A stretch of DNA of 32,355 nucleotides from assembly GCF_001194135.2 (NCBI RefSeq), contig NC_068998.1, positions 43,630,487 to 43,662,841 on the forward strand, written 5' to 3'. Of this stretch, positions 1 through 11,120 are shown piece after piece. The notes beneath the pieces are model-generated. The model made no database searches. It was given only the letters and a program-made list of their open reading frames with translations, and was not told the origin of the DNA. The translations under genes and the position numbers were made by a program. Position 1 is the first letter of the stretch, and each line of letters opens with the position of its first letter. This DNA is from Octopus bimaculoides. Taxonomy: Eukaryota.

Positions 1-779
1 ATATTTTGCCTTCTTTTACTCTTTTCTGATATTTTCTTTCCATTTCGTTTTTATTCCTTCATTCACTTTATCTTCTCTGTTTTTTTCTAGTGTTTGCTCT
101 TCTTAACCCACCTGTCTCCATTTTTTTTTTGTCTTTTGTTTTGATTTTTTTTCGTTAACCATTTTTCTAGAACATCATAAATATGTTCTGCTTCAAGGAA
201 GAAAAGAAGATTTTTCCAGGATTCTAGTCTGCATACAAGACTTTGATTCAAGTGATAATATTTTGTTAGAATACACATCTTTAACATTGATCTTTTAACT
301 TCTAAAATTCACAAATAACAAAGATTCCTCTAACTTTACATAATTACACATTTTTCTCCATTATTTTTTATTTTCATTGATTTATTTTTTCCCCTCGTTC
401 ATATATTTCCTCTTTTTCTTTTGACATTTTTGTAATTATTTAGTTTTGATTTCTATCGATATTTTGTTATTTTAGTTTTTGATTTGCACTCTAGTTTTAA
501 TCTAGAAACCTCCTTATCTTGGTGTTTTATATTTTAAAGAATAAACCAGAGAATTATCTTTATTCTGTTCTTGTAATTCACCTTGTATTTTTGTGCATGT
601 GTGTATCTTTGTGTTTATGTATTTGTGACTAGCGTTTGTATATTTTAGCGATGCTGTAAAGTCCTTAAGTCTATAGAAAAGATCCCTGTTGGTGCTCTTT
701 AATAATCCTGACTCTCCCCCCTCTCTCTCTCTCCCATTGTAGCAATTATATGTAAGGCTCTCAGGTAGGAGTGACAATA

Positions 780-880
780 AAATGATAATAATAATAATAA
801 TAATAATTATTATTTGTATTTCTATTAATATAATTACCACCATTATCATCATCATTATTATTATTATTATTATTATTATT
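780..880. repeat. (AAT)n/(ATT)n/(ATC)n microsatellite; the right part is the tail of the adjacent LINE 3' end
   Basis: Direct triplet runs. Confidence 0.9.
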
Positions 881-1117
881 GTTCAGTAGTTTTATTTTTA
901 TAACGTGCTTTCACTTCACTACCGAGCGCAGCTCTGTGTGCCTTGGGTATGTGCTGTGGTTTGCTGTGATGCTCTTATGGTTACTGTATTGAAAGTGATT
1001 TGCGTAGGATGTGTGCAGTGCCCAGTAGTGCAATTTTCTGTATGTTGTATATATTTGTAAATCCTGGTGTTTTTGTTATGTATTTGTCTGAATATTTTTT
1101 TATCATACCTAAGGCAT
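845..1117 (-). mobile_element. 5'-truncated 3' end of an R4/Dong-like (RLE-type) non-LTR retrotransposon (family D, copy 1)
   Basis: Minus frame reads ALGMIKKYSDKYITKTPGFTNIYNIQKIALLGTAHILRKSLSIQ*, matching the QK.ALLGTA.ILR C-terminus typical of R4-clade ORFs. It is followed by a 3' UTR of about 100 nt with AATAAA and an (AAT)n tail. Confidence 0.8.
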
Positions 1118-1177
1118 TGCCATACACTGTAGAATTCAGAATGTGTAGACATATTTCTTTAAAATGTAGAAATATAT

Positions 1178-1685
1178 NNNNNNNNNNNNNNNNNNNNNNN
1201 NNNNNNNNNNNNNNNNNNNNNNNNNNNNNNNNNNNNNNNNNNNNNNNNNNNNNNNNNNNNNNNNNNNNNNNNNNNNNNNNNNNNNNNNNNNNNNNNNNNN
1301 NNNNNNNNNNNNNNNNNNNNNNNNNNNNNNNNNNNNNNNNNNNNNNNNNNNNNNNNNNNNNNNNNNNNNNNNNNNNNNNNNNNNNNNNNNNNNNNNNNNN
1401 NNNNNNNNNNNNNNNNNNNNNNNNNNNNNNNNNNNNNNNNNNNNNNNNNNNNNNNNNNNNNNNNNNNNNNNNNNNNNNNNNNNNNNNNNNNNNNNNNNNN
1501 NNNNNNNNNNNNNNNNNNNNNNNNNNNNNNNNNNNNNNNNNNNNNNNNNNNNNNNNNNNNNNNNNNNNNNNNNNNNNNNNNNNNNNNNNNNNNNNNNNNN
1601 NNNNNNNNNNNNNNNNNNNNNNNNNNNNNNNNNNNNNNNNNNNNNNNNNNNNNNNNNNNNNNNNNNNNNNNNNNNNNNNNNNNNN
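1178..1685. other. Assembly gap (N run)
   Basis: N run flanked by (TA)n. Confidence 1.
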
Positions 1686-1729
<44 letters not shown>

Positions 1730-2292
1730 GATACACACACACACACGCATATATAAAAATCATCATTCTAATCAATCTCTCTCTGCTCTCCTGGGTTGGA
1801 TGGGTTACACAGCTTCTCATCACTCATCTACAATCCTTGTCATCAGGCCACATAGCAACGGAGAAAAAGCAGCTATCTTGGTTGTTTTGTCACGTATTTC
1901 ATAATCATACAGACATACACACACGTGTGTGTGCCTCTGTGCATGTGTGCGAGATTAGTAACAGAAAATGTAGTCTCTGGAAATGCAATGATTTTGACCT
2001 GCATCACCTGCCACAAGCTGGATGCATATGCCACATGAAATCATGCTGTAATTTGCGAAATCAAAATGCAGCTAGCAGCTAAGAAGTATTTGTTACCATT
2101 TTATAGTAAAAAAAAAACACGTTTGTAATTTGTGTAGAAATCAGGAAGATTAACCCTGATTTCAAAAGACATGTAGAAGTGCATAAAGTTACCACACCCC
2201 AAATAAGCTATAAAAACCGTATAGAAAATTTAAATCCTATGTCAGTGTCTATTTAATTTAACATACTCACCGTTCGGATTTCAAGTCAGTTA

Positions 2293-2838
2293 CTTACTCT
2301 TTTACTTGTTTCAGTCATTTGACTGTGGCCATGCTGGGGTACCGTCTTTAGTCTAGCAAATCGACCACAGGACTTATTCTTTGTAAGCCTAGTACTTATT
2401 CTATCGGTCTCTTTTGCCAAACTGCTAAGTTATGGGGATGTAAATACCTCAACATTAGTTGTCAAGCAATGGTGGGGTGACAAACAGACACACAAACATA
2501 TACACACACATACATACATATATATATACACATATATATGACGGGCTTCTTTCAGTTTCTTATTTCTTTATTGCCCACAAAGGGCTAAACATAGAGGGGA
2601 CAAACAAGGACAGACAAAGGGGTTAAGTTGATTACATCGACCCCAGTGCGTAACTGGTACTTAATTCATCGACCCCGAAAGGATGAAAGGCAAAATCAAC
2701 CTCAGCGGAATTTGAACTCAGAACGTAATGGCAGACGAAATACCACTAAGCATTTTGCCCGGCATGCTAACGTTTCTGCCAGCTCACCGGCTTCTTTCAG
2801 TTTCTGTCTACCAAACCCACTCACAAGACTTTCGTCAG
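2293..2838 (-). mobile_element. Family A tRNA/CORE-like SINE, 5'-truncated, interrupted by a family B SINE
   Basis: Matches the other A copies (e.g. 11931-12331) at 2293-2560 and resumes at 2789-2838. Confidence 0.85.
2561..2788 (-). mobile_element. Family B tRNA-derived SINE (alpha-type 3' end), full length 228 bp, with 17-bp TSD
   Basis: Same length as, and highly similar to, 13941-14168. GGCTTCTTTCAGTTTCT is duplicated at 2544-2560 and 2789-2805. Confidence 0.9.
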
Positions 2839-2889
2839 CCCTTATGTGGTCATTTATTGTATTCACATGTATATATATATGTATATATA

Positions 2890-2930
<41 letters not shown>

Positions 2931-3780
2931 TATAGTTTTAGGGAAAATAACCAATTCTCAAGAACTCATCGATGAACACAAACACACACACACATTTATA
3001 TTTGTGTACATGTGCATATCTGTGTTGGTGTGTGCATGTATGTATGTGTATGTGTATGTGTGTGATTTCTAAATGCTTGAAATCCAAATGAGACAGAAGA
3101 CCAATGATCTTAGTAATCCTTCAGTTGCTTCGACATTAACAAGTTTTACTAATGCTGTAATAACCAAAATGGTTTTAGATTGAAGCATAGCTGCAAATAT
3201 ATTCATACGAAATATTACTTATTGATATAATGTTCATTAGACAACATTAATAAATGTAGTGTGTAATTATTCACATGTCATCAAGTGTTAGCTATAATGA
3301 ACACCTTCAAGACTTTATAAGGTAAAGTTGAAGAAAACATACAAATACTATTAACACAAAGCACAGATTTACAGGCACACTTATACATACATACATACAT
3401 ATGAAGTCTCTCAACCTTATATCCTAACACACTAATAGAACTCTCAGATAACTATATATATTTATATATATATATATATATATAGACACACAAAGAGAGA
3501 AATCATTTACACATGCACACACAGAGGAAAATCTCTCACACAAAGAAATACACACAGAAGTAAACACACATATATACAATTATTTTCTCTCTCTTACACT
3601 TACAAGACTTTTGCACTCACACACATATACTCTCCCTCCCTCTCATTCACTCTTCTCTCACTACACACACACACACACACACTCCCTCTCCCTCATACAC
3701 ACACACACACACACTTAAACACACTCATTCGCATTTTCACATGCAGATTCGACACATACTCTGATAGTATCTGATATATA

Positions 3781-3815
<35 letters not shown>

Positions 3816-4153
3816 NNNNNNNNNNNNNNNNNNNNNNNNNNNNNNNNNNNNNNNNNNNNNNNNNNNNNNNNNNNNNNNNNNNNNNNNNNNNNNNNNNNNN
3901 NNNNNNNNNNNNNNNNNNNNNNNNNNNNNNNNNNNNNNNNNNNNNNNNNNNNNNNNNNNNNNNNNNNNNNNNNNNNNNNNNNNNNNNNNNNNNNNNNNNN
4001 NNNNNNNNNNNNNNNNNNNNNNNNNNNNNNNNNNNNNNNNNNNNNNNNNNNNNNNNNNNNNNNNNNNNNNNNNNNNNNNNNNNNNNNNNNNNNNNNNNNN
4101 NNNNNNNNNNNNNNNNNNNNNNNNNNNNNNNNNNNNNNNNNNNNNNNNNNNNN
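3816..4153. other. Assembly gap (N run)
   Basis: N run between (TA)n and (CA)n. Confidence 1.
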
Positions 4154-4182
4154 TACACACAGTCTCACCTATTCACACACCT

Positions 4183-4223
<41 letters not shown>

Positions 4224-5086
4224 TAAACACACATAAACACACATATCCAGGCAGCTAGAATCCAATATCGCCGTATTTCATTATTAAGACAAGCTTCGTT
4301 CTCTGAGAAATTTTAATGTGCAAATTCTAATGGAAAAAATGGTCTCATCAATATATAGAAATCAATAATACCGGATCTTATTTAGGTTTTAATAATTATT
4401 TGCCACTTGTTTCAATCAGACAGTAACGTACATCATAAAAAAATGTACCGAAAGTTGTCATATTTATGTGAATGTTAGGAGCGTGTGTGTGACTGTGTGA
4501 GATGTTCTGTTAATTTAGCGTTAACATATAAGGCCATTCATGAAATGAAAGACAGAAGGAAGGAAGGAAGGACAAGAAGATGAAAGGGGAAAAAGGAGGA
4601 CAAGGAAGAGGAAGGTGAAGAAAAAGGAAGGAAAAGACCACCATGAAATATATTGCTTTCATTTTGTCAATTTTCTTTTTCTATTTTATCTATCTTCTGC
4701 TCTCTCTCTTTCTCTCTCTCCCCCCTCTCTCTCTCTTTCTCTCTCTCTCTCTGTCATCACTTCCATTTCACAGAAATCAAATAATAACAAGAATTGTCCA
4801 GAAAATGATATTATTTACAACACAGCAAAGCAAACTTTACTGCTTTGATAAACAGAGAAAAATTTCAAATATTATTAAGCTTCAGGTCAGAGTTGATGAG
4901 GAAAAAAAAATTTCGTGAAAATAAATAAATAAATAAAAAATATATATATTTCAACAAATAAGTAAATGAATGATTGAATAAATAAATAAATAAATAAGAG
5001 TAAAATGAAAGAAAAGCAAAACTTGGAAGAAAAAAGAAAGAACAAAGAAAACTATTTTATCATTGGTAAATGATGAAATATCAAAT

Positions 5087-5155
5087 AGTAGTAGTAGTAG
5101 TGGTAGTGGTCACGGTGGTGGTAGTAGTAGTAGTGGTGGTGGTGGTGGTGGTAGT

Positions 5156-5187
<32 letters not shown>

Positions 5188-5486
5188 CAAGGGTGGTTGT
5201 AGTAGTAGTAGTAGTAGCAGCAGCAGCAAGGGTGGTGGTGATAGTAGTAGTAGCAGCAAGGGTGGTGGTGGTAGTAGTAGTAGCAGCAATGGTGGTGGTG
5301 GTAATGGTAGTAGCAGCAAGGGTGGTGGTAGTAGTAGTAGTAGTAGCAGCAGTAAGGGTGGTGGTGGTAGTAATAGTAGTAGCAGCAGCAGTGAGGGTAG
5401 TGGTAGTAGTAGCAAGGGTGGTAGTGGTGGTAGTAGTAGTAGTAGTAGCCAGGGTGGTAGTGGTGGTGGTGGTAGTAGTAGTAGTA
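5087..5486. repeat. Compound (AGT/GGT/AGC)n triplet repeat with a higher-order unit of about 30 bp
   Basis: Recurrent AGCAGCAAGGGTGGTGGT...AGTAGTAGT units. Confidence 0.95.
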
Positions 5487-5721
5487 AGCATTATAAAGAG
5501 GACTTGGTGAAGAACTGAGAGAGAGAGAGGATCATTGAAAGTTTAAATGCATGAGTTGCTTTTTGATAAGATTCTCATTTCATGGACTATTAACCACCGT
5601 TTTTTGAGACATGGAACAATGGTCACTGCATCAGGTGTTTTATTCCTAGGTGTGTGCAACATCCTTGACTGGATCTGAACAGGTAAACTGTATTTTAAAC
5701 AAAGTGCTAAAATAAAATCCA

Positions 5722-6025
5722 CAGGTGTGGTGTGTGCTGAGAGGTTTGCTTCCCAACAACATGGTTCCAGGTTCAGTCCCACTGCATGGCAACTTGGGCA
5801 ATTGTCTTCTATTATATAACCTCAGGCTTACCAAAGCTTTCTGAGTGGATTTTTGTAGATGGAAACTAGAAAGAAGCCTGCTGTATATATATACATATAT
5901 ATATATGTGTGTGTAAACAAAAAATAACCTAACTTCAAGCTGTGTTGACTATACTGAACTGACTTGGGACCTCAATTTAAGTATCTCATTCAACAAAATC
6001 TTAATTATATATATATATATATACA

Positions 6026-6074
<49 letters not shown>

Positions 6075-6269
6075 GTGTGTGTGTGTGTGTCTTTGTGTCT
6101 ATGTTTATCCCTCCACCCCATCACCGCATGATAACCAATGTTGGTGTATTTATGTCCCCACAACTGAGCAGTTCAGCAAAAAAGAATGATTGAATAACTA
6201 ATATGCTTAAGAAATATGTCCTGCAGTAAAACCCTTCACGGCAATACTCCAGCATGGCCACAGTCAAAT
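5722..6269 (+). mobile_element. Family A SINE, diverged, with a 91-bp foreign insert in its internal microsatellite
   Basis: Head with B-box-like GGTTCAGTCCC, CORE-like GGCAACTTGGGCAATTGTCTT, 3' CCAGCATGGCCACAGTCAAAT. Confidence 0.8.
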
Positions 6270-6619
6270 ATACACCTAAATCCTGGTTTTATACTCAATG
6301 TAGACTGAAGAATTTCAGAGATAGATCCAGCAATAATTGTGTAATTACTGTGGATGACATCAGGTGGCCATATGCAGCGAACGTGCTTTATTAGCATACT
6401 ACAAGGAACATATCCAACACTTAAACATTAACCCACACACACACACATACACACACGCATATATATATATATTCATGCAACCATATATATATATATGAAT
6501 ATACAAGTGTGTGTGTGTGTGAGTGTGTGTGAATGTGCTTGTTATGTGCATGCACATGTGTATTTATATGTATGTATACATATATATGTATAATGAATTT
6601 TAGTTGAAGATACACTTGA

Positions 6620-7070
6620 CATTCACTTGACTGGTTTCATAATTTTATAATATTTCTAAAATAGTGTGATATGGAGGGAGACAGAACTTTGCCATAACTG
6701 TCTTATCTCCAACTGGAGTTTTGAAAATATTCTCTTTTATCTGGAGAGATGATGCCTCTAATTGATGTCTTCAGTAAAATGATGTTGAGAGGACAACAGC
6801 TTGATAAACTATCAGTTTCATTTTAAGTAGTTGGATTTTTTTTCTCGGTTAGTTTTTCAAATACTGACTGGATCAATCCACTTACATTCCACATCCATAT
6901 CAGAAGTACATTTGTTGGAAATAAGGCTTTGAAGTTAAAGAAAATGATGAATTGCTCAGGCGATGTGTCAGAGACAGAAATGGAAAGTTTCCCTGTGGAT
7001 CTGATTGGATGACGACTGTGGCCTTCTTTGACATTCATCGTGAAGCTGATGCCATCATATGCACTGCTGG
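6620..7070 (-). mobile_element. Degenerate RTE-clade LINE reverse transcriptase C-terminal fragment
   Basis: Frameshifted minus-strand peptides appear in the expected order: AYDGISFTMNVK, ISVSDTSPEQ, SLISNKCTSDMDVE, VFEKLTE, KMKLIVYQAVVLST, CLPPYHTIL. These resemble RTE motifs FGL.IN.KKT, YLGS.IS, AFGRL, TKL.VY.AVVL.TLLY and LPSI.T.L. Confidence 0.6.
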
Positions 7071-7076
7071 GCTTGT

Positions 7077-7158
7077 TTCAGTTACCATCTATCATACTTT
7101 CTGACAAGCTTAGGTTGGCCTGGAGCTATAGTTGAAGACACTTGCTCAAGGTGCCATA
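7077..7158 (-). mobile_element. Family A SINE internal fragment
   Basis: GCTATAGTTGAAGACACTTGCTCAAGGTGCCA matches the A core. Confidence 0.6.
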
Positions 7159-7209
7159 CGTTGCCATGCGTACATAGATATCCATATATACATGGTATGT
7201 ATGTATTCA

Positions 7210-7252
<43 letters not shown>

Positions 7253-7255
<3 letters not shown>

Positions 7256-7530
7256 GGCACATGGCTTAGTGGTTAAGGTGTTGCACTCACGATTGTGAGA
7301 TCATGGGTTCAGTTCCCAGACTGGGTGTTGTACTGTGTTCTTGAGCAAAACACTTCGTTTCACATTGCTCTGCAATCATGTCACTATCTGACATGTGACA
7401 CCTGTTGCACCTGTACAGGTAATGTCGATTTGATAGAAGGAGTGAGCTTATGCGTACACAAACATTTGATCACTATAAACACATCATCTGTATGGTGGTT
7501 CAGTAAGGAATTGTCAAACCCTCATATGTC
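7253..7530 (+). mobile_element. Family F tRNA-derived SINE
   Basis: A box TGGCTTAGTGG and B-box-like GGGTTCAGTTCCC, then GTGTTCTTGAGCAAAACACTT shared with 20450-20690 and 25016-25196; 3' boundary uncertain. Confidence 0.7.
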
Positions 7531-7905
7531 ATCTAATTACGGAAGAGTCCATCATATATATACAGTATTCACTCATCATACCGTGCTTCACTTATCAATC
7601 CCTCTGCACATCACAGATTTTTCTGGCTAATATATGTAAAGATATATCATGGACTCCTCAGTATATCAGTTTCTGCAGCTGATTGGTATTCATATTATTT
7701 ATGATTTTAATTATTTCTGTGTTAAAATAAGGATTTCCACACCTAAAAATTAATTAATAAATAAAAATGCAGTACAGTACTGCGCTGTATAACACATTAA
7801 TTAAAATATATTAAAAGACAATTCGTAGTTTATTGTAGATCAGTAAAAACAGAATCTCAGATACTGTATGGGAAACGAAACTACTAAGTGTGTGGGGAGA
7901 GTTTA

Positions 7906-8487
7906 NNNNNNNNNNNNNNNNNNNNNNNNNNNNNNNNNNNNNNNNNNNNNNNNNNNNNNNNNNNNNNNNNNNNNNNNNNNNNNNNNNNNNNNNNNNNNNN
8001 NNNNNNNNNNNNNNNNNNNNNNNNNNNNNNNNNNNNNNNNNNNNNNNNNNNNNNNNNNNNNNNNNNNNNNNNNNNNNNNNNNNNNNNNNNNNNNNNNNNN
8101 NNNNNNNNNNNNNNNNNNNNNNNNNNNNNNNNNNNNNNNNNNNNNNNNNNNNNNNNNNNNNNNNNNNNNNNNNNNNNNNNNNNNNNNNNNNNNNNNNNNN
8201 NNNNNNNNNNNNNNNNNNNNNNNNNNNNNNNNNNNNNNNNNNNNNNNNNNNNNNNNNNNNNNNNNNNNNNNNNNNNNNNNNNNNNNNNNNNNNNNNNNNN
8301 NNNNNNNNNNNNNNNNNNNNNNNNNNNNNNNNNNNNNNNNNNNNNNNNNNNNNNNNNNNNNNNNNNNNNNNNNNNNNNNNNNNNNNNNNNNNNNNNNNNN
8401 NNNNNNNNNNNNNNNNNNNNNNNNNNNNNNNNNNNNNNNNNNNNNNNNNNNNNNNNNNNNNNNNNNNNNNNNNNNNNNNNNNNNNNN
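7906..8487. other. Assembly gap (N run)
   Basis: N run. Confidence 1.
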
Positions 8488-8533
8488 TTATTATTATTAT
8501 TAATAGATAATAACAACATATGCATATATACAG

Positions 8534-8686
8534 CAAGCTTCTTTCAGTTTCCATCTACCAAATCCACTCACAAGGCTTTGGTTGCCCCGAGGCTATAGTA
8601 GAAGATACTTGCCCAAGGTGCCATGCAGTGGGACTGAACCCAGAACCATGTGATTGGTAAGCAAGCTACTTACTACACAGCCACTC

Positions 8687-8689
<3 letters not shown>
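8534..8689 (-). mobile_element. Family A SINE, 5' half (tRNA-like head plus CORE-like region)
   Basis: High similarity to 12180-12331. Confidence 0.9.
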
Positions 8690-8741
<52 letters not shown>

Positions 8742-9200
8742 TTGTGTCTGTCTGAATCTGCAACTACATGTGCATATAGCTTATTCATGCTTAGATACAT
8801 ACGTACATGCATACATTCATGTATGTATATATACATGCATGCATGCATGTATATATGCATGTATGTATGTATGTTACGTTAGGTGACATTATGCTGCAAC
8901 ATAAGAGAAAGTGAAAGAGAGAAAGACTTTTGCGCGCAAACATAGTTATGTTCATAGATTTGTATATTTTTTCTTACAGTAGTCCTGTTAAAACGGCGAG
9001 TTAATCAAGGGGAATAACTCTATATGACAAATTAATAATATCGTTATAGAAATATATATTCTTGTAGAACTTCATTTTCGTAAATAGTTACAGTTTTTAA
9101 AAATTTAACTGATTGCAGGATATTATTGAAATGCTTCTTGTTTATGTTATAATTCCTTCTGAACCAGAACTTATCAAGTTTTGCCCTTCACTCACTAACC

Positions 9201-9242
<42 letters not shown>

Positions 9243-9914
9243 ATAGATAGGTAGATAGACAGACATATAGATCTTCTGTTATATCTGATGCAGGCTTTTG
9301 AACAAAGTTCTTTTAATAATCTAAAAATATTTCTGCTGTATTATATTTGCAAACACAGTTGTATCAAAGTTGTTCCTTTTGTTCAAAAATATCTGTTTGT
9401 TTTTGTTTTGTTTTTATTTTTTTGTTTTATTATTTTAGATGGTGAAATCTTTTTGGGGGTAATGAATAGATTCACAAACTATCCAGCAATGTATTAGCAG
9501 TGTATTTCAATGTACTCTGGCATCGCAGATTTAATTCCTGTTGTGTTCAACACAGCCACCTGGGCTTTGGACGCCTTCAACGGAGTCCTTGCAGTTATAT
9601 ACATTCAAACATGAGAATAACTTCATCCCTTTCTACCACCATTATTGGTGGTGTAGGAAAGAGCCATTTGTTCTTATCATAGGAAGGATGGAAAATTTTG
9701 AATTGTATAAAGAATGGCAACTCACATGACAACCCGTGAGTTGGCACTCCTCCCTTAAACTACCATCATCATCGACATTTTAAGATCCATTTTCCTATGA
9801 TGGACATGTCCAGTTACAACTACATGATTTTAAGGCAAAGGAACAGTAATAAAAGAACCCACACATTCACATGTGCATGCACACACCTAAGCACACACAG
9901 ATGTATGAATACAC

Positions 9915-10047
9915 ATACATATATGTATATATATATATACACACACACACACACATGTTTATATATATATATGTATATATATGTATATATATGTATATAT
10001 ATATGTATATATATGTATATATATGTATATATATATGTATATATATG

Positions 10048-10078
<31 letters not shown>

Positions 10079-10089
10079 GTATATATATG

Positions 10090-10152
<63 letters not shown>

Positions 10153-10243
10153 GTATATATGTATATATATGTATATATATATATATGTATATATGTATAT
10201 ATATGTATATATGTATATATATGTATATATGTATATATATGTA
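9915..10243. repeat. Long (TA)n/(TATATG)n microsatellite
   Basis: Direct. Confidence 0.95.
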
Positions 10244-10325
10244 TCATCATCATCATCATCATCATCGTTTAACGTCCGCTTTCCATGCTAGCATGGGTTG
10301 GACGATTTGACTGAGGACTGGTGAA
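10244..10325 (-). mobile_element. Family C retroposon 3' end with (GAT)n tail, cut by the gap
   Basis: Reverse complement is identical to 25511-25583. Confidence 0.9.
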
Positions 10326-10915
10326 NNNNNNNNNNNNNNNNNNNNNNNNNNNNNNNNNNNNNNNNNNNNNNNNNNNNNNNNNNNNNNNNNNNNNNNNNNN
10401 NNNNNNNNNNNNNNNNNNNNNNNNNNNNNNNNNNNNNNNNNNNNNNNNNNNNNNNNNNNNNNNNNNNNNNNNNNNNNNNNNNNNNNNNNNNNNNNNNNNN
10501 NNNNNNNNNNNNNNNNNNNNNNNNNNNNNNNNNNNNNNNNNNNNNNNNNNNNNNNNNNNNNNNNNNNNNNNNNNNNNNNNNNNNNNNNNNNNNNNNNNNN
10601 NNNNNNNNNNNNNNNNNNNNNNNNNNNNNNNNNNNNNNNNNNNNNNNNNNNNNNNNNNNNNNNNNNNNNNNNNNNNNNNNNNNNNNNNNNNNNNNNNNNN
10701 NNNNNNNNNNNNNNNNNNNNNNNNNNNNNNNNNNNNNNNNNNNNNNNNNNNNNNNNNNNNNNNNNNNNNNNNNNNNNNNNNNNNNNNNNNNNNNNNNNNN
10801 NNNNNNNNNNNNNNNNNNNNNNNNNNNNNNNNNNNNNNNNNNNNNNNNNNNNNNNNNNNNNNNNNNNNNNNNNNNNNNNNNNNNNNNNNNNNNNNNNNNN
10901 NNNNNNNNNNNNNNN
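10326..10915. other. Assembly gap (N run)
   Basis: N run. Confidence 1.
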
Positions 10916-10950
10916 TATATATATATATAAACACACACGCACAGTCATGA

Positions 10951-11120
10951 TGGGTTCATTTCAGTATCCATCTACCAAATCCCACTCACAAAAGCTTTGG
11001 TCATTTAGTTGGCCTGAGGCAATAGCAGAATACACTAGAGTAAGACACTATGCAGTGGGATTGAACTCAGGCACATGTGGTTAAAAAGCAAACTTCTTAC
11101 CACACACCCAGGCCTCCACC
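10951..11120 (-). mobile_element. Family A SINE 5' half, diverged
   Basis: CATCTACCAAAT..CACTCACA and ATGCAGTGGGATTGAACTCAG match A. Confidence 0.75.

Noticed and set aside
981-1823. Long ORFs spanning N runs (also 3715-4168, 7811-8598, 10262-10950, 19561-20163, 22569-23349, 30253-30754)
   Set aside because: Their length comes from X codons. Only the 981-1117 part of this one is a real coding remnant (LINE C-terminus).
2255-2295. Perfect minus-strand donor CG|GTGAGT near 2268
   Set aside because: No acceptor or pyrimidine tract upstream; that position is occupied by a SINE 3' end
4545-4755. Purine-rich (GGAA/GA) tract followed by a (CT)n tract, potential triplex DNA
   Set aside because: Common low-complexity sequence in this genome type; nothing indicates function
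5063-5518. 151-aa Gly/Ser-rich ORF as a structural protein gene
   Set aside because: TTG start, several frames on both strands open, typical triplet microsatellite; kept only as a low-interest repeat finding
7253-7330. tRNA genes at the SINE heads (A, B and F copies)
   Set aside because: A/B-box-like motifs are present, but they continue into repeat bodies, are diverged, and show no clean cloverleaf or T-run terminator
9797-10310. Many long ORFs of Y/I/M/C/V/H (also 21828-22558, 29380-29844, 2628-3072, 14014-14288)
   Set aside because: Translations of (TA)n/(TG)n microsatellites, which lack stop codons in most frames
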